A stretch of 63,994 nt of DNA, counting the filler, from Collodictyon triciliatum (Eukaryota), in NCBI GenBank assembly GCA_043381765.1. It is 16 parts of 16 records of this genome, joined end to end, with 100 filler letters (N's around TTAATTAATTAA, not from the genome) between each part and the next. Parts side by side here need not be neighbours in the genome. Positions count along the whole stretch, not along the records: positions 1 to 4,077 come from JBHJMP010006516.1; positions 4,178 to 8,260 come from JBHJMP010006517.1; positions 8,361 to 12,436 come from JBHJMP010006518.1; 13 more parts are not named here. The stretch is one strand, 5' to 3'. Position numbers and translations under genes: made by a program. How positions within the stretch are numbered: the stretch's first letter is position 1; the number at the start of each line of letters is the position of its first letter. Positions 1 through 11,877 of this stretch are shown here, in pieces. Below the pieces are notes generated by a model that saw only the letters and a list, made by a program, of their open reading frames with translations, was not told where the DNA came from and did no database searches.

Positions 1-18
1 TTTATTTATTATTTATTT

Positions 19-74
<56 letters not shown>

Positions 75-80
75 TTTCAG

Positions 81-1684
81 GTCTTGAGTGGCCTGTAGTG
101 TTTATTACCGGTGTAGAAACTGGTACAATCCCTAGCCGTTGGTCACTGGCATCCCCTAGTGGATTGGAGGAGGAAAGGTTTGCTTTCATTCGTCCAACGT
201 TTCAATTATTGTATCTCTTGATCATTTGGGAAAATATATCACGTTGCTTATTCATTTGATTCCTTCATTTCATTTTATTCTTGTCTATGGAATCATATTC
301 CTCAGAACTATGTATGCCATCTGGGAGAGAATATTCATTCAGAGAAAAAATGACCTAGGCGACTTTTTTATGTTGGATCCACCAGAGCCAAGGCTCTACT
401 ATACTGGACACACTGCAGACTCAGGCGTGTTGGCCATGAAATGAAATACATGACCGTAAACAATTGCTTAAAATATAACTATATATCCAACATTTCAAAC
501 ATGTATACTCAAATTGAAGTCAATAAGGAAGAATTTGCTCATATTTTCTCTTTTATTTTTTTCCGTTTTGGTTATTTTAATTGCTTTTGTAGATGTCTAA
601 TTTTGTAAGTAGTGTCCCAGACGAAGTGATGGATGATTGTCCGCCAAGTGTGTATTTTCAGATTCGCTTTAGAAAAAAAAAAGAAGAATATGGTAGATTT
701 GACCATATTCTCACTGCTCAACTAAACGTACTCATATAATTATTTTCTTTATTTTTATATATCTAGAAAAAACCCCGAAGTTTCTTCGAGACATTGCCTT
801 GTTTACAGGGAGAACGCCCTTAGATACTGTGAGATGATGAATATTCTTGTATTTATATTCTTGTATTTATATTCTTGTATTTATATTCTTGTATTTATAT
901 TCTTGTATTTATATTCTTGTATTTATATTCTTGTATTTATATTCCTGTTTTTTTAAGGAACCGTGTATCTACATATTCTAATTTTGCCATCATATTTACC
1001 TCTGAGCGAGTCATATAAACTCTAGTGTATCAAAATTAATGCCTAAAGAACATTGCTTTAATAACCACTTCTCAAATAACACCGCCTATCGAGTTAATTT
1101 TACAAGAATATATCTATGTGAGTATCTAAATAAATATTGGAATGCAGCCGAAGGAATCGGTCACCCCCAACCGAGAGCAGAAAAGTTCAAAGGATGAGGA
1201 CGATGGCACAAAGTCGACCAAAAGGCATTCCCCAAAATCACCAGAAAACTCGAATACGCCAGCAAAATCGTCATCTTCGGGGGTCAAGTTTATGTCTGCA
1301 AAAAGTGTGATGGAGGAACAATCAGCCACGCGGAAAAAGGCGCCCTTCAAAAGGTCTCCCTCGCGGTCTCCATCCGAATCAAGCTCCAGATCTCCTTCGA
1401 AGTCCCCATCAAAATCACCCCAAAGAAAACGCCGGCATGTTGATGAACCCCGTTCTGCGCAAACTGGAAACCCCACCGATAAAGGCCCCGTTGGTTGTGC
1501 ATTGAAACCTAGCAAGGCAAGTGAAAGCGAGCTGTTTTTGCCTTTTCAGTCGCAATCGACCAACAACTCCAGGCGCGGTCGACGTGACGAGTCCCTCAAG
1601 TCATCCAACAACTCAGCCACTCCAAAGCCCAAGGTACACCCAATCATTGTTGATATCTTGGACACAAGCTCGGAGGATGAGTGA
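81..1684 (+). CDS. UvrD/PcrA/Srs2-type SF1 DNA helicase, 3' part (exons approx. 81-177, 359-455, 593-647, 767-828, 1148-1684)
   Basis: GT-AG splicing gives GLEWPVVFITGVETGTIPS...LEEERRLFYVGSTRAK (SF1 motifs V/VI), then a long S/P/K-rich tail ending IIVDILDTSSEDE*. The last exon junction is less certain. Confidence 0.85.
841..945 (+). repeat. Intronic 14-bp tandem repeat (ATATTCTTGTATTT)n, about 7 copies
   Basis: Directly visible tandem units. Confidence 0.9.
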
Positions 1685-1908
1685 CGAAAGGGTTAAATCC
1701 AAAGAAACACAATCCGATAAACCGCACCAAGAAATGCATTTGTGGTGGAGGGTCACGACAGCAAAAAGACACAAAACAAAATGTTCATTGGTTTCACAGA
1801 GGGATAGAACTTCCTCCTTATTTCTTACTCGCTCTTGCAGAGTCTTTTAGCGATTTCACATAAAATAATTGATTCTTTTATTTTTCTTTTTTCATTTGTA
1901 TGGTTAAT

Positions 1909-2022
1909 TTTTTGTTTTGTTTTGTTTTGTTTTGTTTTGTTTTGTTTTGTTTTGTTTTGTTTTGTTTTGTTTTGTTTTGTTTTGTTTTGTTTTGTTTTGT
2001 TTTGTTTTGTTTTGTTTTGTTT
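1909..2022 (+). repeat. (TTTTG)n microsatellite between convergent genes
   Basis: Directly visible. Confidence 0.95.
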
Positions 2023-2217
2023 GTTTTTAATGTTATGTTAATGAGTAAATTGTATATGGTAAAGAAAAAAAAAACAGTGATCTATTAGACTGTCACGAGT
2101 CTCTTTCGGTGTCTCCCTTATCTGTGAAACTGGCTCGGAGATGAAAAGACAAGTAAACAGCTCAGGCCATAATGGAACTAAATCGCGAGACAATTATTTG
2201 GGTATCGACTCTCAGAC

Positions 2218-3875
2218 TTAATACGAGCGGATTCCGGCCAAATGCACGTCGTGATGCTCTTTTTCTGGCTGGTATTTTCTCAACAAAAGCCGGTAATTGT
2301 GCAGATACTCGTCCATCCGCACATACGTTCCTTGCAAATACCTTTCTGCGCCTTGAGGGACAACAAACTCGTCTCTGGCGTGCAAGATTCGCCTGTTGTT
2401 GAAGGAAAGCATATCGCCGGGCTGCAGTCTGAAGCGGATGTGGAATGCAGGGTCGCTCATCAAGTCGCTAAACTTGCGGTATGCGAGATAGAAAGGGCGC
2501 ACGTCATCTGGGTCGCACTCGAGAGGCCCTTCAAACGGCGGGGACCAGTATATTCCAAAGATCTACGCGATGCAACAATCAGAGGAGGACGGTTGGGTTA
2601 ATCCTTCAACTAACCGACAAATAATGAATCAAAAGAGAGACATTAAGACAGGAAAAGATAAAGGTAGAGACAACCTTTAAAAAAAAAATAATGATAAAAA
2701 CAAAAATAAAAGACAAAAAGGTATTCGGGCGAGTAAAGAACAAAGTGTAAGGAAACATGTTGTAAGTTTTATTTAAATGAAAAAAAAATAATCAACAATA
2801 AATAAAGCAAACAAAGCAAAGCAAAGCAAAGCAAAAGAGAGGGCATGCGCGTACGCGGGTGCAAACATACCTCATCAGTCTCCTCGCTGTAGTCTATGTG
2901 TGTGCGTCTAAACTTGATGTGGTGGATGGGGTCAATCTTGTGGAAGGTGGCCGGGACTCTGGAGAGGACACGGAAGGCATCCGGGTCGGACTTCTGGAGC
3001 GCGCGAGCAACGGCAAAGCCGTCAAGCAAAGTGCTTTCCCCGCCCTTGACGCTGTCATCGAAGCGGATGCAATGCAGAAGCTGCAGCCCGGGCGGGGCTT
3101 CGTAGTAGAGGATGTCGAGATGGGGCTCCAACCGGAGGGGCGAGTAGGCCACGTTGATGGGCGTGGGGACGGCTACGACGTCAAAGAGCTCGCCGTAGAC
3201 GGTGGGCATGAGCGGGCCGAGCAGCTGGGCAACCGGCTTCATCATCCCTGGTTTGGGCGGCACGTTGCGCACCATCGCAGCGCCCTTTGCATTGAGCGCC
3301 TGCATCCAGGCAAACTGGGCCTCCCGGCCGGCGTCTGCATCTGCGCTGGTCAGCTGCGCATGCGCAAACTGCGGCAGGAAATCGGGCGTCAGATGCGGCG
3401 GCCAGAGGCTGGGGCTTCTGCGGTTGCGCCGCTGCGTGCGGTGGGTCGGATGCAGCGAGAGCGCGCGCAGGGTGTCGGCCGCAAAGGCGGTTGTGTGCTG
3501 GGGCTCAGCGCCCTTGGCCCGCGCCCACTCCACATAAAGCATGTCTTGTCGCACAGCCACCGACTGCGGCCTCAGCTGCTCCAGCTCTGCCACACTCCCG
3601 GCCTGGTAACCCCGCAGCTTCTGGCGGCTGGTCGGGTGCAGGCATGCCGGGCATGAGCAGTGGTCGTGCAGCCACAGGAAGTCGAACCGTGTGGGCAGCG
3701 CGTCTCCGAGGTCCAGAGTCAGCTCCGTGGCAGACTGCGACACAATCTGCAGCCTCCCGCTTCCGGCAATCCGCGGCTCCAGTCCGCCTCCGCTGCATTG
3801 TGCGCGCAGCTGTGTCGCTGTTCTTGTGGAGGAGCTCGGCAGTCGCGGGACCAGGCGCTGGAGGAGGCTCAACAT
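2218..3875 (-). CDS. Gamma-butyrobetaine/trimethyllysine dioxygenase family (TauD-like 2OG-Fe(II)); exons 3875-2871 and 2562-2218
   Basis: N-terminal Zn-binding motif WLHDHCSCPACLHPTSRQK; HxD motif in PHLDILYYEAPPGLQLLHC; GGESTLLDGF; distal His in FNNRRILHAR; one GT-AG intron joins the two ORFs in frame; Arg/Ser-rich presequence-like N-terminus. Confidence 0.92.
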
Positions 3876-3974
3876 CGGGCTGCCGCTGGGGATCCTCTCT
3901 TGTTGTGGTGTATTTGTGTGTGTGGGTGGGTAGGTGGGTGTTTTTATGTGTGTCTCTGGATTTTTATGTCTCTG

Positions 3975-4077
3975 GGTTTATGTGTGTGTTTTTATGTGTG
4001 TGTTTTTATGTGTGTGTTTTTATGTGTGTGTTTTTATGTGTGTGTTTTTATGTGTGTGTTTTTATGTGTGTGTTTTT
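3975..4077 (+). repeat. 14-bp compound repeat (TTTTTATGTGTGTG)n at contig end
   Basis: Directly visible. Confidence 0.9.
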
Positions 4078-4177
4078 NNNNNNNNNNNNNNNNNNNNNNN
4101 NNNNNNNNNNNNNNNNNNNNNTTAATTAATTAANNNNNNNNNNNNNNNNNNNNNNNNNNNNNNNNNNNNNNNNNNNN
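4078..4177. other. Artificial contig linker (44 N + TTAATTAATTAA + 44 N). Others at 8261-8360, 12437-12536, 16612-16711, 20787-20886, 25011-25110, 29181-29280, 33350-33449, 37518-37617, 41686-41785, 45854-45953, 50019-50118, 54185-54284, 58351-58450, 61975-62074
   Basis: Identical 100-bp spacer with stops in all six frames, recurring about every 4.17 kb; the contigs are near-equal in size (size-sorted concatenation). Confidence 0.98.
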
Positions 4178-5170
4178 AGTAACGAAGACTGCCTTGATGC
4201 CTCCTATGTTAACCATATTCACGTCAGTCTGAATGGTTAGTTTAAGGGGGGATTTCTTTCGGGGTTTGGAGATGCGCTGCTCTTGGGTCTTGCGATGTGC
4301 GGGCTTGTCCGGTGTTGGCGGTGGAGGGCTCGAGTGCGAGGATTCTGAAGAGGAACCGAGATTTCCTTCCATGTCATCGTCGCTGTCGCTGTATGCGCGT
4401 ATCTGTTGTGAGTCTTACGGGCTCAGTTGTTGCCTGGCCTTGGCTTCCTTGACCCCGTTGTTGCTTGTCTGTTTGGCAGGTGCATTTTTTTGCGGATGTT
4501 TTACTAGTCGTTCGTTGTTTGCGGCTGGCGGACGCTCTTTGAGGATGCGCTTTGGACACTTTTTGCCCATGACCGTAAACTTTGCAGGGAGCTGGTTCTT
4601 GTGGCAAAGAAACCCCACCAAGGCCGTGTCTGTGAATAAGCTTTTGTCCTTTTTGATCTCCACGTGGGTCGGTCTGAACGGCTTCAGCTCTTCACAAAGG
4701 AGTTGCGGCCACACGTCCAGCGGTAGTTGGTAGAGCATCAACGAGGTCTCTGTTGGTTAACTTCTGCTGAAGCTGCTCATAATATCGCTCAAACTTACCT
4801 GCTTCAGCTCCAGAAGCTTTCGGCGTTTTATTTAGTGCGTAAGGCAATCAGGCAAAGGCCTTCGCTGTCCAGTAAGCGCAGTTGGATGGACTCTTCCCAA
4901 AGTTTGTTCGCTTTCAAGAAGGAGGCGAGCGCATCAGTGAGTCTGCAGGCATTCTTCTTGTTACAGACGACTTGCTCGACCCCGTGCAAAAATACTGTCC
5001 GCTCAGACAGACTTGCAGGCGGCTTCCTTGCACCGGATTTTCCCAGACTTGTGCAACTCGGGGGTTTTCCACACCAGCGTTGGAACCTAAAGAACTGGCT
5101 GCATCTTGCAGAGACTTCGACATATGTCGACCAGCCCTTTGCACTTCTTTTTTCTCTGACAAGAGGGAGA
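4178..5170 (-). mobile_element. Decayed repeat copy, probable non-LTR retrotransposon ORF1 (RRM-like)
   Basis: Highly similar to 37618-38390 in the opposite orientation; translation ARKPPASLSERTVFLHG...LYQLPLDVWPQLLCEELKPF...NQLPAKFTVMGKKCPK with stops/frameshifts; motif also shared with 50620-50680. Confidence 0.65.
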
Positions 5171-5621
5171 AACGTACGCGGACATCAAAGGATTGGTTTA
5201 AGATTTATGTCATTTAATATGCGAAGAGAAAGAAAAGGCATTGCGATAGAGAATCTTTCATAGGTAATTTACATCAGGTGTGGGTATGAGTGATTAGTGA
5301 TGATATGCTCCTTAATCGATAATTATTTCTAAATTCATATGGAGTGAGGATGCTTTTTGGATGGCAGTATGAGGGCATCTTATAATTAGCATAGTGTACA
5401 CATCCCATACTTTCCCTTTCCAGTATCCTCTTTGCAATTAACAATGTCTTCTGATTTTGCGTGGAATGTCGGAAGCTGCAGAATCTGTTGTTTTCACTTA
5501 AATTAAAAATGTCCTAGGTATTACTAGCAAAATTAAGAGAGACAAGGAGTAATGTAAGCGACTTAACATGAGAATATTGTTTGTGCTGTTCAATCGTCGA
5601 TATATTTGTGTTATATCTTAC

Positions 5622-6829
5622 TTTATTGCTTATTACATCCAGTACTTCAAGACAGTAGAGTTGGTTGATGGTTTCAGGAATGCTGGTTAGCTGATTCGAC
5701 GAATGTAAAAAATACTCTCAAATCATTATCCAAAGACTTTACACATAGCTTTTCCTTCCTTCCTTCCTTCCTTCCTTCCTTCCTTCCTTCCTTCCTTCCT
5801 TCCTTCCTTCCTTCCTTCCTTCCTTCCTTCCTTCCTTCCTTCCTTCCTTCCTTCCTTTTTTTTATATAAAAAAATACAACTGATCGATGGTGAATATCAC
5901 TTTTCTCCCAAACCTGGTTGAAAGAGATATCGAGCCTCACAAGCGAAGTAATGTAGCAAACAGCTTCAGGAAGCTCTGTAAGCTATATCGTGTAGACTGC
6001 CATCAAGAAACGAGTCAGATTAAATTATATGGGCTAAAATTACTTTGTTATTCCCGAGGCACAAAAAAGTGAGGTTTTGCTAGAGCGATATGCTCTCCGG
6101 CAGTCTATTTAGACTCATTCCATACAAACTTAATGACTGGAACTCGCTTTGTCCCTTACTTGGGGTCCATCCTGGCTGCGCTATTGAATCGATCTACATG
6201 TGCATTTAATAAGACTACTTAGATGTAATCTAAAAGGGCGTTAGCGTTCCTTACAGTTTCGTACAGATGCAGAGCACTTGGATTGTCGAGCCTCCGCCAG
6301 CAAGGGAGGCTTTCGATGCCTTGCAGTGCCCTTTTTATTGTCTGTGGGTTTCTGGAATTGATGCAGAGCTTCTCCAACTTCGTGAGCGCTGTGATTTGTG
6401 GTGGAAGCTCCTCCATCTGTGTGTATCGCTATCATATTTTTTTTTTCCTTCGGCATGTACATACGATAACTAAATATTTAAATATACCGGGTTGTCAAAA
6501 ACCTCAAGATATGTGAGACCAGTCAAGCACGATATTTCTGGCGGCAGCGATGACAAGTGATTGACACTAACACCGAGTAGTGTGAGACCAGCCAAACACG
6601 ATATTTCTTGCGGCAATGACGGCAGCTGGTTGACATAAAGTTTCAATTCTTTCAGACCGGTCAACAAGAAAACCCCACACGGCACAGCTTTCAAATTTTT
6701 GTTATAGAGCTCCAGACTCGTGGAGCTTTTTAAAGAGGCGATGTCATCATCCCCAGTGATTTTCCGAAGCTCCTCCAAAAGCACAATCTGTTCGGGGAGC
6801 AGTTCCTCACTGGATGCAGCGTTGCCCAT
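5622..6829 (-). CDS. N-myristoylated LRR protein (multi-exon) with one in-frame TAG at 6080-6082; possible pseudogene; 3' end unresolved
   Basis: Starts MGNAAS; repeated LxxLxLxxNxLxxLPxxI units across GT-AG exons (LKELKLYVNQLPSLPQEIS; LTELPEAVCYITSLVRLDISFNQ; LTSIPETINQLYCLEVLDV). Confidence 0.8.
5753..5856 (+). repeat. (CCTT)n intronic microsatellite
   Basis: Directly visible. Confidence 0.95.
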
Positions 6830-7717
6830 GAGCGCAGAGAGCTTGGGAGGGTTTAGAATGTTGTGTGGACTTGTGAGCTGTGCTGTGCGGTTAGTATGGT
6901 GCGTGACGTTTATTTGTTTTGTGGCTGTACTTGACTGTTCACACGGGGCGAGCGTTACTCAAGTAAGAGTGGCGGTTGGGCAACAGATATTAGAACGCGC
7001 ATCGCAAATGAGTTGTGTGCTTACGCCAAAGAAAAAAAAACACTAAGACAGCGGTGACTTTGACAGAAACAAAGCTCGAATGCACCATAAACGCCGGCGA
7101 ATTTTTCCGTGAAGACTACCTCTTATGGAATTTATGCTGCGCACTTACGCATCCCTAGAAATTTACCACTTCGAGCTTGGCCACACACAAAGTTCTCTCC
7201 TCCGCCCAAAGTCTTGTAGAAAAATGGAATGGCAGGTGTGTGAGTGAGCGGGCGCCACTATGTCGAAGAATGGCAAAAAATTGGATGTGGGAAAATCTCA
7301 ACTGTGCGGAATGGAAAATGGGTTGCGATGTGATTCTTGTGGTTTCTTCGACTATTGCAATATATGAGAAAAATACTCTCCAGGCATATCCGATATGTTC
7401 TAATGGCATGGGAAATGAGTGATACCACTCTGAATAAAAATGTTCGTCTGGGTGAGATTTGCACCCGAAGTCTTGTTTGCATCGGCATATGAGTAGTTAG
7501 GTAATGTGTTTTGTGATGTGATTCGATTTTGTTATTCGATACAGGAATTGTGATTCAAACACTTAACACGAATAGATGCGGGCTACACTAGTTTGACGAG
7601 AATTTTGAATATTTTTCCTCATGCCAAGACTTTTGCCTTATGGATTGCACTAGCGTTCTGACACCAGCTCTGCCCCTTTCCCAGTGCCCAGTCAGCATAT
7701 TAGATGTAAAAACATTA

Positions 7718-8260
7718 TTTTTTTTTTATTCACGACAGACTTTGCTGTTGGAGCCCGTCTCAACAATCTTTTTTTCAACCACCGAGCAAGTATTCCGAGG
7801 TAAAAAGAGAAAGTGATGGCGGATGTGCCATCAGAGGAGTATGGAGATGGGGAATAGAGAAAAGAGAGAAGGGGGTGAGAAGGAATAGGAAAGGAGGTAA
7901 AGACCCTGGGGCTTGATAAGAGGCCCAGGGATTCCTTTCAGGATAGGACTTGTGGTGAAGTCCTTGGGAGAGGGAAAGTAGCTGGCTTGATTATGTTAAG
8001 AGGGGAGTGGAAGAGGATGAGAAATGCTACTTTGGTGGCGCAAGGTATTGAAAGAGTGGTGGGCAGGAGAAGTTCGCATTGAGTTAGAAAGGCACTAGGT
8101 CGAGTGCAAAGACAACTTCTCTGCATAGTTTACGCACTTCCTTCCAGACCGCAGAGCGGTCTTTAGAGTATGTTTGTTGCATTTGGGACGTTTCCCAAGT
8201 GCTGGTAATGACCTTGGCCATGACATCGATGTGGTTTGCAGGCGAGTTTGGGTTTGGGTT
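7718..8260 (-). mobile_element. 3' end of a LINE-like element (family B): ORF terminus, pyrimidine-rich 3' UTR and poly(A)
   Basis: ORF ends ...VWKEVRKLCREVVFALDLVPF*; homologous to 41289-41685; ends in AATAAAAAAAAAA on the minus strand. No RT domain is visible in this fragment. Confidence 0.6.
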
Positions 8261-8360
8261 NNNNNNNNNNNNNNNNNNNNNNNNNNNNNNNNNNNNNNNN
8301 NNNNTTAATTAATTAANNNNNNNNNNNNNNNNNNNNNNNNNNNNNNNNNNNNNNNNNNNN

Positions 8361-8480
8361 ACATACATCCATACATACATACATACATACATACATACAT
8401 ACATACATACATACATACATACATACATACATACATACATACATACATACATACATACATACATACATACATACATACAT
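8361..8480 (+). repeat. (ACAT)n microsatellite
   Basis: Directly visible; similar tracts at 54285-54388 and 63055-63152. Confidence 0.95.
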
Positions 8481-8989
8481 CTTATTTTGTTGCGTCGATG
8501 TGAAATACATACTCGATCTTCGATGACAAATTGAGGTGCACAGCACTTTTCCCAAGTAAGCCTATGATATTATCGACACACTTTTAATATTCTAAATATC
8601 CCTTCTGAAGCCCACGCCCGCGATGCGAAGTGTGTGTTGTTCGATGCCTCAGGCTCAGCGGAGATATGCCCAAAGAACCAGCGACGAAACAAATCCATCG
8701 AAAAGCTACTGCTCTCAAAAATATGTATAGTTGAGGCTATCCGCCTTATCTTACGCTTGGTTGCAACACTCGTCGCTCTCCCATTCACTCGACCCTGCAC
8801 TGTGCGTACATCGAATGCTCGAGTAGGTTGTCTTGAATGTTTCCTAAATCCTCTTATCAGTCATACGATACAAGTTCCCTCATAAGCCAATATCAAAACT
8901 TCTCTATCCAGCGGTTATTATTCTACTCTCTTTTTCATCCCAATTCCATTCCAAATACAAATACAAATATAAATATAAATACAAATAGG

Positions 8990-11877
8990 CCCTTACTTTC
9001 TTGAGTTGCGACTGCACCTCCTCCCAACACGACAGCCAGTCTTTCGACTTCTCCAGAAGCGGAATCTATGTACAAATCACACATTCAGTGCTCAATAACT
9101 TAGTAAGGGGCTCTTCAGAGCTCATTGATTCTCAACTCCATCATATTTTTCATAAGGTACTTGGTAATCATCCGCAAACAAACAAACAAACAAACAGACA
9201 AACAAACAAACAGACAAACAAACAAACAGACAAACAAACAAACAAACATAAAAACATAAAAACAAACAAAAAATCACGCAACAAAACAAGCAGAGGAACT
9301 CTATACTGCAGATATCTTGTGTATGTTTTGTGAGCCCAGGATAAGAAGGTGCATCTATCAATTCTTGCCATCCATCGATGAAGCAGAAGTCCAGACCATG
9401 TCGTTTGCTTTCCCATGTCTTGCGTATATGTATCCACCTCGAAGGATAAGCGCTGGCTGGTGCCGAAGTCGCACTTGAGTAGCCTTGGCTGTTCCCATTC
9501 GCTGATGTTGATGCTCTATGATAAACCATTTTTCATTACAAACTAGATGACAAAAGAAAAAGAAAAAGAAAATGAAAAAGAAAAAGAAAAAGAAAAAGAA
9601 AAAAGAAAAAAGAAAAAAGAACAAAACATAACAAAACAAAACAAAAGAAGAAAAAGAAGAAAAAGAAGAAAAAGAAAAAGAAAAGAAAAAAGATAAGACA
9701 AGAAAGGAAAGAGAAAACAAAAGAAAAAAAAGAAATTGAGAAGAGGAAAAGAGGACAAATCAAATGAAACGGAAATTAGAAGATAACAGCGACGTCTCTG
9801 CGAAAGTGTGTCAGTGACATTGGCTCAAAAAGCTAGACAACTAAAATATGCAGTCCGCACTGTCACAGCTGACAACCTCATAATCATCATCAGTCTCAAA
9901 ATATATGCTGGACCTCAGCTATGAGACAAAATCACCATCTCGACATATAATCCTACTCGTTGCATCACATAACACGCCTGCCGTGCGTGCCAAGTGGAAA
10001 ATACGTTCTATCGGTATGCTTAGCATGTACTGTGCTTTTGTCGACTATGGTCTCATACTCTCAGTGACTCAGTCCCTGACTCTTACCTCTTGTTCCATTC
10101 CAAAGATTGTGCCATTCACCGTCAAGTTGCATGTTTTGATCATCTCTTCGCTCGGAGAGTCTTTGAAATAGAACTGGCCCCCGTCTCTTCGGAAGTCGAG
10201 GAACAGGGCATATGATAAGGTGGCATTGTCCAGCAGGATGTCTCCGTCCAATATCCTAACCCAAAAGAAAGGAGTAAGTAAATACAGGGCGGATATGAAG
10301 GCAACTTGCAAAGAAAAAAAGAGATGAGAAGAGAAAAAAAGAGAAAAAAGAGAAAAAAGAGAAAAAAAGAGAAAAAAAGAGAAAATGATATTACAATGGT
10401 ATAAGAGAGATAAGAAAAGGAGCGAAAATGAGTACGCCGTGAATGTTCTACATATAACCCTGGCTGTAACTTATACAAAGCCTCTTCTTTGGTCTACAAA
10501 CAAACAGAGAATGCTTCCGAGTATCAGCTTTCCCTTAGCTTTGTGGCTAAGCTCACACTCCGATACCAAGAACCCCCAATATTCCGAAAACACGTGGCCC
10601 TTATGTCATATGTCCCTCACCTGACCGCAGACAGCATCGATTTGTACGGGTCTTGTGATGGTGGTAAGGGCAGTAGCTTTTGCGGTGGGTGCTTGTTGCT
10701 GCTGCTGCTGTTGTTGTTGTCGCATGCGATGTCTGGAATCGCTCCAATCACCGTCTCATTGCACCTCAGCGTGGCCGTCTCTATTAATCGGATGTGCTTT
10801 TTAGTATCCCATACCCTGCATAGTTTTTGTAGCCGAGCCTCGCAACGCTCCTTGTCATGCGCNNNNNNNNNNNNNNNNNNNNNNNNNNNNNNNNNNNNNN
10901 NNNNNNNNNNNNNNNNNNNNNNNNNNNNNNNNNNNNNNNNNNNNNNNNNNNNNNNNNNNNNNNNNNNNNNNNNNNNNNNNNNNNNNNNNNNNNNNNNNNN
11001 NNNNNNNNNNNNNNNNNNNNNNNNNNNNNNNNNNNNNNNNNNNNNNNNNNNNNNNNNNNNNNNNNNNNNNNNNNNNNNNNNNNNNNNNNNNNNNNNNNNN
11101 NNNNNNNNNNNNNNNNNNNNNNNNNNNNNNNNNNNNNNNNNNNNNNNNNNNNNNNNNNNNNNNNNNNNNNNNNNNNNNNNNNNNNNNNNNNNNNNNNNNN
11201 NNNNNNNNNNNNNNNNNNNNNNNNNNNNNNNNNNNNNNNNNNNNNNNNNNNNNNNNNNNNNNNNNNNNNNNNNNNNNNNNNNNNNNNNNNNNNNNNNNNN
11301 NNNNNNNNNNNNNNNNNNNNNNNGTTGCTGTCTCCCCAACAAAACAGCCCCCCTGCCGGGTCGGAGTCCGCCGTGTCGACCTGGGACACAACAACCCCCC
11401 GTGCGTACAAGGCTGAGTCGAAAGTCACTGTGAAGATGGCTACGTCCCAATAGTTGAGCTCGTCCACATAGACTTTCTTGATATCTCTTGTAGCTGATAC
11501 CACGGAAGGTGACGAGCCTTTGAGCGGGGTAGCACAGAAACCCATCGAGTGTTGAGCAGTGTTTTTGGATTTATGTTTATATCAGTGATAAGCGTGTACA
11601 ACATAACTATAGAGCATATCGTGAATAGGAATGTCCATATGGTGGCTGGTTATTGGATATCTAAGAGCCTTCCATCTGGAAAGGCAGCTTATAAGAGTGT
11701 TTGAGTTTACTCGTTGTATGAAAGAGCCTGCGACTTTGAAAAGGTATTGTTGTAAAAGTATCTTTAATATAAAAGAATAGAAACGCGGCGTCTGCGGACT
11801 TTAAGGGGCTGGGTACCTTGCACATGGAGGACAAGACCAGCGATGACTAGGAGGAGACGCAGCAGAGAGAGGCGCAT
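8990..11877 (-). pseudogene. Decayed multi-exon gene for a signal-peptide-bearing protein of unknown family (spans gap 10863-11323)
   Basis: MRLSLLRLLLVIAGLVLHVQG signal peptide exon spliced to a frame containing TGA (11582-11584); further exon-like blocks with multiple stops. Confidence 0.5.

Noticed and set aside
2859-3656. Long antisense ORFs over GC-rich genes (also 30000-30698, 44377-44778)
   Set aside because: Expected shadows of high-GC3 coding sequence, with no recognisable domains.
11582-11584. In-frame TGA as selenocysteine or recoded Trp
   Set aside because: The same gene has many other stops of different types, and TGA ends several intact genes here; a CGA-to-TGA decay event is simpler.
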